DNA of 58,231 nucleotides from a virus (taxonomy: Duplodnaviria > Caudoviricetes). The stretch covers positions 1-58,231 of the IMG/VR virus record IMGVR_UViG_3300033076_000421, one strand, 5' to 3'. Of the stretch, positions 34,169 to 42,513 are shown one piece after another (position 1 is the first letter of the stretch; each line of letters begins with the position of its first letter). The notes under the pieces are model-generated. The model searched no databases. It was not told where the DNA came from and was given only the letters and a program-made list of their open reading frames with translations. A program made the translations under genes and the position numbers.

Positions 34169-35185
34169 TTAGTTAAAGGCGACGCCGTTTCCGTCGCCGG
34201 TAGGACGGGTGGCAGGATCAGAAAACTTCGTTCCAAAGCCTGCGGCCCAAGGATAGGCGCTGACGCGCGGGGTAGTATTGTGTGCGATGGCGATTGCAGA
34301 ACCATCTGCCGAAAAGGCTACAGCGTTACCGGTCGAAGCAGGCAACGTCGCGGGATTGGCGTATTTGGTCCCAAAGCCTGCCGCCCAAGGGTAGACTGAC
34401 GTGAACGGCGTTGCCCCGTGAGCAGTGGCTATGGCTCCACCGCCGAATGCGACACCGTTGACGGTCCCGGTCGGAAGGGTGGCCGGATCGGAATACTTCG
34501 ATCCAAAGCCCGATGACCACGGATAGACGTTGAGTCGGCTGCTCCCGGAGTAACCAACCGCAACATCGCCCGAAGATGAGAAGGCTAAGCAAGCCCCTGC
34601 CGTAAACGGCAATGACGCAGGATCGGAGAACTTACTTCCGAAACCTGCCGACCAAGCGTATGCCTCAATGTATGGGGTCGAATCGGTAGCGACGAACGCA
34701 ACGTCGCCAGTGGCCGAAAACGTAACCGCGTTACCAGCACCTGCTGGGAGCGTGCCAGGATCGGCGTATTTGCTACCAAACCCAGCCGCCCACGGATAAG
34801 CGCCGATGTAAGGAGAGGCTCCGTCTGCAACGAGGACCGTATTTCCAGACGGAGAGAAGTTGACACTTCTCGCAGAACTAATACCGGAAGCGTTGGTGTA
34901 TTTTGTCCCAAAGCCCGAAGTCGTCCACGGATAGGCATAGATTGTCAATCCTGCCGCAATCGCCACATCTGACCCTGACGGCGTGAAGTCAACGCTGTTA
35001 CCGGTCGTTGCAGGCAGTGACGCCGGGTCGGCCACCTTCGTTCCGAATCCCGCCGTTGACCACGGGTAGGCAGTCACAAAGGGTGTCGTGGCGTGAGCTA
35101 CAGCAATCGCCGTGCTAGGTCGAACCCCTTGTGAGAAGCCGAACGCCTTTGCCGACATCGCGCCGATGAAGGTGATTGAGGGCAT
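34169..35185 (-). CDS. Seven-repeat beta-propeller-like protein, putative receptor-binding
   Basis: Seven copies of [AV]Y[PA]W..GFG[TS]K...[VL].F. Confidence 0.75.
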   Translation of the reverse strand: MPSITFIGAMSAKAFGFSQGVRPSTAIAVAHATTPFVTAYPWSTAGFGTKVADPASLPATTGNSVDFTPSGSDVAIAAGLTIYAYPWTTSGFGTKYTNASGISSARSVNFSPSGNTVLVADGASPYIGAYPWAAGFGSKYADPGTLPAGAGNAVTFSATGDVAFVATDSTPYIEAYAWSAGFGSKFSDPASLPFTAGACLAFSSSGDVAVGYSGSSRLNVYPWSSGFGSKYSDPATLPTGTVNGVAFGGGAIATAHGATPFTSVYPWAAGFGTKYANPATLPASTGNAVAFSADGSAIAIAHNTTPRVSAYPWAAGFGTKFSDPATRPTGDGNGVAFN

Positions 35186-37411
35186 CTAGGCGAACTTCGT
35201 CTGAGAGGCGAGGACGGTGAAGGTCGAAGCGCCGGTCTTGATGATCGTGTAGCTATAGGCATCGACGCTCGAAGCGTTACCTACCGAGGGGGCTGCGTTC
35301 TGCCACTTGGTCGTGACCCCGGAGGTCGTCCCGTCAACCTGAACGACGTTGTTGTAATAGGCTGTCGCGCCATTGGTCACGAGGAAGACGACCGTGACGC
35401 ACTGCCCCGTGCTCAGAGCAGTGTTCATGGTGGTCCCAGACGAGTGCCTCAGGTTCACGGTCCAGTTGGCCGCAGCGTTGGACGTGTAGTAGAGGACGCT
35501 CTGGGTCGAGACATCGTAGTTGATCGTTCCGGTCGCTGCCGTGGCAGACACCGTGGCGACTTCCGCAGCGTTCGTGAACAGTGCCGCATTGACCGAGGTT
35601 GAGCCACTGAAGGTCTGCTTGGCCGTGAAGGTCGTCGCAGTCCCAGGAGCGACATAGTCCGTGCCAGCCGTCGCAGCGGTCATGGCCGAAGTGCCGTTAC
35701 CTTTGACGATACCGGTCAGGGTCGTAGCGCCAGTGCCACCGTTCGCAACGACGAGCGTGCCGCCGACGGTGATCGCCCCAGACGTAGCAGTCGAGGGCGT
35801 CAGGCCAGTGGTGCTGAACGAGATCGTCGTGACGGCAGAGGACACCGAACTCCAAGCCGGTAGGCCACCGCCCGACACGGTGAGGGTCTGACCCGTCGTG
35901 CCGATACCCAACTTGCTGATCACCCCAGAGGCCGAAGCGTAGAGGATGTCGCCGGTCGTGTAGGAGGTGATGTTCGTGCCGCCGTTGGCGACTGCCAGAG
36001 TGCCGGTCAGGGTGACAGCCCCAGACGTGGCGCTCGACGGAAGCAGCCCAGTGGTCCCACCGCTGAAGGTCGTTACAACATAGCTGGAGTCCGTCGTCCA
36101 AGCCGGTGATCCAGCGACAACCCTCAGAGACTGACCGCTCGAACCGATGCCCAGCTTGCTCAGAGCCGCAGAGCCCGACGCATACATCAGGTCGCCGGTC
36201 GTGAACGAGGTTATACCAGTCCCGCCATAGCCAACGGCTTGAGTGCCAAGAGCGGCTTGACCAGCAGCCTGAGAGGCTGCGGTGAAGACCCCAATGCCGA
36301 CGGACGAGCCGCCCAGGTTGATGAGGGCTCCTCCTGCGGTCGTGGAGCCCGTGCCACCCTCGCTGACAGCAACAGGGGTGGAGATGCCCTGCGTGTCGGC
36401 TTTGACCAGATTAGTGCCGTTGCAGTAGTAGATGCCCCGTGAGCCACGGGTCACAACCAGAGCAGGACTCTGGGTAGAGGTCCGAACCGAGAGGGTGTAG
36501 CTACCCCCCGTCGTGCTATTGGTGATCCAGTATTGTTGGGTCGTCTTGGGAACGACGACCTCCATGTTCGCAGTCAGGACACCTACGAAGTCATAGGCGA
36601 TCCGATTAAGCTCAGAGCCCGAGAGGGTGTAGGGCGTTGATTGGCCGGTCAGGCTGATCGAGGTGTAGTCGAAAGCAAAGACCGCCGACTGACCAAGTCC
36701 GATAGTCCACCACTCAGTCCCGTCGGTGACGATGGTTGCGCTGTCGTCAGGAAGCAGGACGAGGTTGGTTGACTCGTTGATCGTCTCAGAGCCTGCGGGC
36801 TCGATAGTCAGGTTGCCCGTGCCGCCGTTGCGGACAGACATGAACCAGTTGTTACCGGCTGTGGCCGCAGCGGGAAGCGACAGAGTCCCGACGCCACCGG
36901 TCCAGACATAAGCCGATGCGCGGTCGGACTCACCTGCCGTATAGTCCGAATTAAAGGTCGTTACCGGCGTCGTCTGGTCGAGGAGGCTCCCGTTCGCCTC
37001 AAGACCCGCTCCAGCAAGAGCCGAAGCCTGCGCTTGTGCCGTGGATGCTCCGAACTGAAACGTGCGCCACACACCAGCCGCAGTGCTGTTGTCTACGAGA
37101 TAGAGTTCCCACTGGGTCCCAGAGGCCAGAGAGATGAGTGTAGCCCCGGCAGACCCCTTCACCGTGACGGTGTAAGGTCCCAGGTTATTGAACAGGATCG
37201 TTTGCCCGACGCCGGTCAGGCTCGCATCCGGCATGGTGATCGAGTAAGCCGCAGACGGCGTTACGTCGATAATCCGAGCGACGATGTCCGATCCGGTGGA
37301 CGCTTCGAGCGGCCACTGAAGGGTCGTGTTGGCGTCCAGCGCCAAAGCCAGATAGGACACATCCGACGGGTAGATGGTGTTGCCACCAAAGGTCTGAGTA
37401 AACGTCGTCAC
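35186..37411 (-). CDS. Tail fibre protein
   Basis: 741 aa T/G/S-rich; repeated GGT.ITS.TTGD..YAS...SKLGIG..GQ.L.V. Confidence 0.8.
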   Translation of the reverse strand: MTTFTQTFGGNTIYPSDVSYLALALDANTTLQWPLEASTGSDIVARIIDVTPSAAYSITMPDASLTGVGQTILFNNLGPYTVTVKGSAGATLISLASGTQWELYLVDNSTAAGVWRTFQFGASTAQAQASALAGAGLEANGSLLDQTTPVTTFNSDYTAGESDRASAYVWTGGVGTLSLPAAATAGNNWFMSVRNGGTGNLTIEPAGSETINESTNLVLLPDDSATIVTDGTEWWTIGLGQSAVFAFDYTSISLTGQSTPYTLSGSELNRIAYDFVGVLTANMEVVVPKTTQQYWITNSTTGGSYTLSVRTSTQSPALVVTRGSRGIYYCNGTNLVKADTQGISTPVAVSEGGTGSTTAGGALINLGGSSVGIGVFTAASQAAGQAALGTQAVGYGGTGITSFTTGDLMYASGSAALSKLGIGSSGQSLRVVAGSPAWTTDSSYVVTTFSGGTTGLLPSSATSGAVTLTGTLAVANGGTNITSYTTGDILYASASGVISKLGIGTTGQTLTVSGGGLPAWSSVSSAVTTISFSTTGLTPSTATSGAITVGGTLVVANGGTGATTLTGIVKGNGTSAMTAATAGTDYVAPGTATTFTAKQTFSGSTSVNAALFTNAAEVATVSATAATGTINYDVSTQSVLYYTSNAAANWTVNLRHSSGTTMNTALSTGQCVTVVFLVTNGATAYYNNVVQVDGTTSGVTTKWQNAAPSVGNASSVDAYSYTIIKTGASTFTVLASQTKFA

Positions 37412-38065
37412 CTACGCCTCCTTGCGTGCTGCGGAACGGTCGAGCACCTTGCCCAAATCCTCACCGTTAAGCATGGCTGCGGCGCGGTCATACATATCCT
37501 GCCAGACGGGGATGCGCTCGTCGTTCTTGATGAACGGCGTCGCTTCGAGCAGAGTCCCGTAGAGCAGCAGTTGCGGAGCGAACTCCGTGATCCAGTTCGT
37601 CTGGATATTGTCGTCCAGCAGGGCTGGAAGTTCGTAATACAGAATCTCGAATGGGTAGTCCGCGTCGGGCGTAGGGCTCACAAGCCAATGCGAGTAGTCG
37701 TAATCCGAATAGAAGACGGGCGTGTCAGTCTGAGTCGCATCCGGCCAGTATTTACGCAGATACTCATAGTCCCGAGTGAACAGCGTCTGGTAGGTGTTGT
37801 TCGAGGTGCCGGTCCCAATGCTGAACGACACCGTGTCACGCCACCGGTCGGGCTTGTCATAGACTGACTGCCCAGAGGTCAGAGTGCCATTGACGACATT
37901 GATAAAGCCTTGGACCTTGAGTTCACGAGCGATCCGACGCTCGGCAAGGTTAATCAGACGGGGAAGTTGCTCATAGACAACTGCGTCAGAAGCAAGCGTG
38001 TCACCCCGCTCAAGGTAACGCCGCACATCTTCTTGCAGCGTCGTGAATGTCATAGTGGTCGCCAT
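37412..38065 (-). CDS. Head-tail adaptor-like protein
   Basis: INLAERRIAREL, PTPD..Y, LLYGTLLEA.PF.KND. Confidence 0.7.
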   Translation of the reverse strand: MATTMTFTTLQEDVRRYLERGDTLASDAVVYEQLPRLINLAERRIARELKVQGFINVVNGTLTSGQSVYDKPDRWRDTVSFSIGTGTSNNTYQTLFTRDYEYLRKYWPDATQTDTPVFYSDYDYSHWLVSPTPDADYPFEILYYELPALLDDNIQTNWITEFAPQLLLYGTLLEATPFIKNDERIPVWQDMYDRAAAMLNGEDLGKVLDRSAARKEA

Positions 38066-38083
38066 ACAGCACCTGCTTGAGAG

Positions 38084-38338
38084 CTATTTGGTCGCCGCAC
38101 CTTTAGGCCAGGCTTCGACCGTCAGTCTATGCCTTTTAGCGCAATCCGCATAGGCTGTCACGGTTTCGATCTCCCACGTCAGCCTTGCTGGGTCGAGCAT
38201 TGGCTCAGGACGCGGGCTAAGATCAGGACAACTAGCTGCCAGATTTGCCTGTAGCTTCGGCGTTGGCGTGAAGAAGCGCGTCATCGAGCACCCGCACAGC
38301 ATCAGGCACAGGGGCACAATCATTAGAGACTTCGACAT
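38084..38338 (-). CDS. o-spanin (Rz1-like lipoprotein)
   Basis: Start ATG 38338; lipobox LMLCGC; Pro-rich; overlaps i-spanin in another frame. Confidence 0.75.
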   Translation of the reverse strand: MSKSLMIVPLCLMLCGCSMTRFFTPTPKLQANLAASCPDLSPRPEPMLDPARLTWEIETVTAYADCAKRHRLTVEAWPKGAATK

Positions 38339-38582
38339 CTCGGTAAATCTCCCGAACAGTGTTTGTTGCCTTATCCCTACGAGCAAGGGCCTGAGCGCGG
38401 AAAGCTTCATACTCCTCAGCCTTGACCGCCATCCTCGCCTCAGCCAGTTCTAGCTGCTCCTGAGCCTGTTCTAGTTGCTTGGCGTGAGCCGCATCTGCAA
38501 TCAGGTCTCGGAGTTTATAGCCGCCGCCCAGCCCGAGTAACAGGGCAGCGGCGCAGAATAAGGCGACGATGTTAAGAGGCAT
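38232..38582 (-). CDS. i-spanin (Rz-like)
   Basis: Start ATG 38582; N-terminal TM then coiled coil. Confidence 0.75.
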   Translation of the reverse strand: MPLNIVALFCAAALLLGLGGGYKLRDLIADAAHAKQLEQAQEQLELAEARMAVKAEEYEAFRAQALARRDKATNTVREIYRDVEVSNDCAPVPDAVRVLDDALLHANAEATGKSGS

Positions 38583-38805
38583 CCGCTTTAGGCTCCGTGC
38601 TGTTGGTTCCAGTGACGAGTGCCATGACCGCTGCACCGGTTGCGGGGAATAGGATCGCTAATCCCGCAAGGTCGATGGGGAGGCCGTGAGTGACCATCAG
38701 GATCGGCGTGGCGAGTCCAGACAGCAGCATGGGGAGCGAGTAGATGCGCCCGATGCTCCAGGTCTTGCCGTCAGGGCCGGTGAACAGGTCAGTGACGATC
38801 TTCAT
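38572..38805 (-). CDS. Holin-like membrane protein
   Basis: Two TM segments, between endolysin and spanins. Confidence 0.6.
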   Translation of the reverse strand: MKIVTDLFTGPDGKTWSIGRIYSLPMLLSGLATPILMVTHGLPIDLAGLAILFPATGAAVMALVTGTNSTEPKADAS

Positions 38806-39269
38806 ACCGGTAGACCCTCCGAGTAGACGGTCTTGCCGTTAACAGATGTTGCCGTCAGTTCCTGATTGCGATTGGCTCGCTTCGCACAATAGGAGACATG
38901 AACCCAGCCGCTGTCAGCCACACCGGGCTTGGGGAACTCGCGGATGACCTGATCGTGAGGGACGTGCAGAGCGATGTAGCGAGCAAGCTCGTTGTTGCTG
39001 ACGCCGGGAATCTCGATGTCAGCAGCCTCGCCCTTGCAGTGCTGAGAGGTCTCAGCGCCACCAGTTGCCTTGTTCAGAGCCGGGCCACGGAAGCCAGAAC
39101 TGATCACCACAGGGCGATTGAAGTGAATACGGAGCGGCTCAAGGACGTTGTCGCAGAGCGCCTTCAGCGCATCTTGCTGCGCCTTGGTGGGTTCGTTCTT
39201 GATACCCAGACGCTCGCCGGTCTGGCTCTTGGTCAGTTCTTCGAGGGTGAAGTGAGGAGACAGTCGCAT
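38802..39269 (-). CDS. Endolysin, peptidase M15A family
   Basis: Start ATG 39269; LSPHFTLEE, ISSGFR, SQH..GEAADI, WVHVSY. Confidence 0.9.
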   Translation of the reverse strand: MRLSPHFTLEELTKSQTGERLGIKNEPTKAQQDALKALCDNVLEPLRIHFNRPVVISSGFRGPALNKATGGAETSQHCKGEAADIEIPGVSNNELARYIALHVPHDQVIREFPKPGVADSGWVHVSYCAKRANRNQELTATSVNGKTVYSEGLPV

Positions 39270-39610
39270 CAGGTGCCTTTGGAGAACCACAGTTCAGGAT
39301 GAGTTATGATCGAGCCGATGACGCCAATGGCAAGGACGACCGCCGCGATAGCGCCGATGACCTTGGACCCGACCTTGGCGATACCGAGCAGAGTGCTTCC
39401 AGCTTTCCAGGCGTCGGCCAGACCGCTGATGTCAGACTTCAAAGCGCCGTGCTCACGGATCATGGTCTGAAGGTCAGCATGGATCGTCGTGATCCGCTCG
39501 TCCATCTTGTCGAGCTTGTTCGTGAACTTCGCCATGTCGTCGCTGTCCACGACGCGGCTGGCCTTGACGACCTCGCTAATCAGGTCAAGGTCTTTGGCTG
39601 AGATCGTCAC
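39269..39610 (-). CDS. Membrane protein (holin/antiholin candidate)
   Basis: GTG start 39610 after GAAGGA; coiled coil plus C-terminal TM. Confidence 0.55.
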   Translation of the reverse strand: MTISAKDLDLISEVVKASRVVDSDDMAKFTNKLDKMDERITTIHADLQTMIREHGALKSDISGLADAWKAGSTLLGIAKVGSKVIGAIAAVVLAIGVIGSIITHPELWFSKGT

Positions 39611-39631
39611 GTCGTCTGTTCCTTCAGGCGT

Positions 39632-39678
39632 GCGTGGTGGCCCCTTGCGCCGAGGAGAACGCTTAGGGGCCACCACGC
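39632..39678. promoter_or_regulatory. GC-rich hairpin upstream of the lysis cassette
   Basis: GCGTGGTGGCCCCT...AGGGGCCACCACGC, 14 bp stem. Confidence 0.5.
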
Positions 39679-39714
39679 CCAACGGGGAGCACGACCGTTG
39701 GTCATCGAGGTGCA

Positions 39715-39942
39715 TTACGGCACCAATGGGACATCGGGCCGGGTGAATCTCAGAGTGATCTGATCCGGCTGACGGGCGGGGAGTCGATAAGGATCGAACT
39801 GATCAAGGTCGACGCTACAAACCATCAGACCGGGGGAGTTGGGATCGGGCTTAAGATCATCAAGGGAAAACTTGCGACTGCACCTTCCACATAGGCCCAA
39901 CCCTAGAGTTGTTTTTCCGCGTGTATCTAGATAAACGGGCAT
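39715..39942 (-). CDS. Small Cys-containing virion-module protein
   Basis: LCGRCSRK...GLMVC...D..DP. Confidence 0.7.
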   Translation of the reverse strand: MPVYLDTRGKTTLGLGLCGRCSRKFSLDDLKPDPNSPGLMVCSVDLDQFDPYRLPARQPDQITLRFTRPDVPLVP

Positions 39943-39959
39943 GGTGCTTACCTAACGGA

Positions 39960-40946
39960 TTATTGAGTATATGCGCTGATATTAGGCGAAATCATCATAG
40001 GCGAGTTGTCACGCTCCTCAGCCTGCGCGATGTAAAGCGCCTCCTTGGCCTTGGCCTCCAGCGTCGGGATCATCTGCGGATTGGCTTCGGCATATTCCAG
40101 TGCGAGCTTGGCAGCAAGCAGAGCGACGATGGCTTCATACCACCGCTGAGGAACTTCGAGTTCTTGCGTCATGGTGCCAACGTCCATGATCTGACGATGA
40201 CGCCATACGGTCAGTTGGTAGACGGTCGCTGCGGCATTAGGCACCGGCCAGAGGTGCATGATCGGCTGACGGACCTGACGGTCGAACCAGTATTGCAGAG
40301 GGCGGTTGTTCTGGAACGCCTTGTTCGGGAGGTTCGTATAGTCGTCGCGGTTCAGACGGGCCAGCGGGATTTCTGTAGGCTGGTTACCAAGGTAAATCTG
40401 GTCGAAGGACAGAGTGCCGGAAGTCGCTCGGACGCGGAAGTATAGCGTCGATTGCGATGAGTCCAGATCATACCAGGTCCACTCACCAGCAGATGCGACT
40501 GGTGTTTCGGTCTGAATCGTTTCCCAGGTTGCACCGTCGTCCGAACGCTCTAAGGCGATGGGGACCGCCGTAGCAGTCCAGAAGATGCCGACCGTGGACA
40601 CGAAGGTGGTGGAACTAAACTCGACCTGACGGGTTGTAGAGGTGTCAGTGTTGGTCCCCGTGACCTCTTGCAGGTAGCGCAGATTGGCATTGAGGATGTC
40701 TACGGTGCCAATGGGCGTCGTGACTTGTCCAACGCCGTCATAGAGCGGGTAGATTTGCTTCTCGATGCACCACAGCGGCGTGCCTTGGTTGGCAAGGTCA
40801 CTGAGCAGCAGATAGAGGCAGTCGTTCGCCACCTCGACGTGTTCCGCCGAGAGCGTCTGCGGCGGCATCTTGCAGCGCCGCGCAGCGTTCTCAATCACCT
40901 TACGGGTGTTGAAGACCGTGGTTGAGATGGTGTCCGAGAAGGCCAT
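39960..40946 (-). CDS. Head-tail connector / tail tubular A-like protein
   Basis: LNRDDYTNLPNK...RPLQYWFDR, LWPVP. Confidence 0.7.
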   Translation of the reverse strand: MAFSDTISTTVFNTRKVIENAARRCKMPPQTLSAEHVEVANDCLYLLLSDLANQGTPLWCIEKQIYPLYDGVGQVTTPIGTVDILNANLRYLQEVTGTNTDTSTTRQVEFSSTTFVSTVGIFWTATAVPIALERSDDGATWETIQTETPVASAGEWTWYDLDSSQSTLYFRVRATSGTLSFDQIYLGNQPTEIPLARLNRDDYTNLPNKAFQNNRPLQYWFDRQVRQPIMHLWPVPNAAATVYQLTVWRHRQIMDVGTMTQELEVPQRWYEAIVALLAAKLALEYAEANPQMIPTLEAKAKEALYIAQAEERDNSPMMISPNISAYTQ

Positions 40947-40949
40947 GGC

Positions 40950-41729
40950 TTAGGACCAACGGGACTTGCCGCCCTTGGCGTAACCTGCACGACCCGACGG
41001 CTTCATCGTCATATCGCGCAGAGACTGAGCACGGCCAGCAAGGAGTTCGCCACCCTCTTGCTTGTGCTCGGCACGCTCCTTGGCTTTGGACTCTTTGCCT
41101 TCGTGCTTCTTCATCGCAGCCTTGGAGGTATAGACCTCCTTGCTACCCTTCTCGACGACCTTGCCACCCTTCTTGTAGGCTTTGGTCGTGGGGAGAGCAG
41201 CCATTTGTGCGCTGGTCGGACGTGCAGGTGCCGGGGGAGTGCCCGTAGAGCGGGCAGCGTCTGCGGCACGATTGGCTAGGTCACGAGCAGTCGGCTGAGG
41301 ATTGACGCCCAAGCGCCGAGCAGAGTCAGCGGCATAGTTATCACGCCAAGCCTGAGGTAGACCGCCCTTGCCGATGAGCGGACCCTTCGGAGCAACAGGC
41401 ATAGCCGGACGAGCAGGTCGCGGAGGAGCAAGACGACCGTCGTTCGTATTCTGATTGGTCAGAGGCTTGCCGAGTGCAGGCATACCGCCCGAAGCGACGG
41501 GAGGCACAAGGCCACCGACTGCGAACTTCTTACCACCACGCTCACCGGGAGCCTTGTCCTCGCTCTCACCCAGGATCATTGAGTCCGTGACACGGGGCGT
41601 AGACTTGCCGGGCGTGATGATCCGAACAGCCTTGGCAGCAGCCACGTCCTTTGACGTAGCAGGGCGAGTGGGGACCTCGTCATAGCCATGACCAGACTGA
41701 GTCTTGGTGCTGTTCTTGAAGCCCTTCAT
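40950..41729 (-). CDS. Basic low-complexity virion-module protein
   Basis: 259 aa K/A/P-rich; FAVGG, YKKGG, YAKGG motifs. Confidence 0.65.
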   Translation of the reverse strand: MKGFKNSTKTQSGHGYDEVPTRPATSKDVAAAKAVRIITPGKSTPRVTDSMILGESEDKAPGERGGKKFAVGGLVPPVASGGMPALGKPLTNQNTNDGRLAPPRPARPAMPVAPKGPLIGKGGLPQAWRDNYAADSARRLGVNPQPTARDLANRAADAARSTGTPPAPARPTSAQMAALPTTKAYKKGGKVVEKGSKEVYTSKAAMKKHEGKESKAKERAEHKQEGGELLAGRAQSLRDMTMKPSGRAGYAKGGKSRWS

Positions 41730-41758
41730 GGCTCAGTCTCCAACCAGTGTTCTGTAAT

Positions 41759-42088
41759 CTATACAGGGAAATTGCGGGATTGCACAGAGCGGACCAGTCC
41801 ACCTCGTGCGAATGACTGAGGCTGCTTGGGTAAGGACCCCAAGCCACCTTGCTGAGGGGCAGGTGCTGGCATCGGTGGCCTTGGTGCCATCTGCTGCTGA
41901 GGCATAGCCATTGAGGGCGGAGCCATAGGCTGAGGACCTTGACCCTGTGGCATAGCACCCTGTTGCAGCGGACTTGGAGGTTGTGGCTGTTGAGCAGGCT
42001 GCTGTTGAGGCTGACGCGTATAGGCGATAGCGTCCTCGATCTGAGCCTTGACGTGCTGTGCTCTGCGGCCAAGGGACAAGTCGTGCAT
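41759..42088 (-). CDS. Q/P-rich virion-module protein
   Basis: Probable start ATG 42088; FARGG motif. Confidence 0.55.
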   Translation of the reverse strand: MHDLSLGRRAQHVKAQIEDAIAYTRQPQQQPAQQPQPPSPLQQGAMPQGQGPQPMAPPSMAMPQQQMAPRPPMPAPAPQQGGLGSLPKQPQSFARGGLVRSVQSRNFPV

Positions 42089-42090
42089 GA

Positions 42091-42513
42091 TCAGTCCAGC
42101 TTGAACCACTTGGTGGAGGACGAGATGTAGATATAGCGCACAGCGGTAGCAGCAGCCAAGGCTGTCGTCGCCGTGTGAATGGTCTGACCGGTATTGGGGT
42201 TCAAGGTAAGCGCCGTCACAGCCTTGGTCGATGAGATCGTAACGACGAAGCCGTCGGCAGGGGCTGCGGGCATAGTGATCGTGCCAGTAGCCAGGACGCC
42301 GGCAGGGTCAAGCACCAGTTGCTGGACGCCTGCACCAATGGTCAGTGCGAACCCGGCGATGGGCACGTTGTATGTGTATGACTGCTTGTCCACATAGGTC
42401 TTAACCTGTGAAGCAAGGAGCGAGACGGTGCTACCTGACTGCGTCGATTCAAAGAGTTCGGTGCCGGTAAGCGCAGTCCCAGCCGTCATTTCGCTGATCT
42501 TCAGGTCAGCCAT
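42091..42513 (-). CDS. Virion structural protein
   Basis: MADLKISEM start; beta-rich. Confidence 0.65.
   Translation of the reverse strand: MADLKISEMTAGTALTGTELFESTQSGSTVSLLASQVKTYVDKQSYTYNVPIAGFALTIGAGVQQLVLDPAGVLATGTITMPAAPADGFVVTISSTKAVTALTLNPNTGQTIHTATTALAAATAVRYIYISSSTKWFKLD

Noticed and set aside
34169-37411. Diversity-generating retroelement acting on tail genes
   Set aside because: The repeats are in-frame protein repeats; no reverse transcriptase or adenine-specific TR/VR pair was seen.
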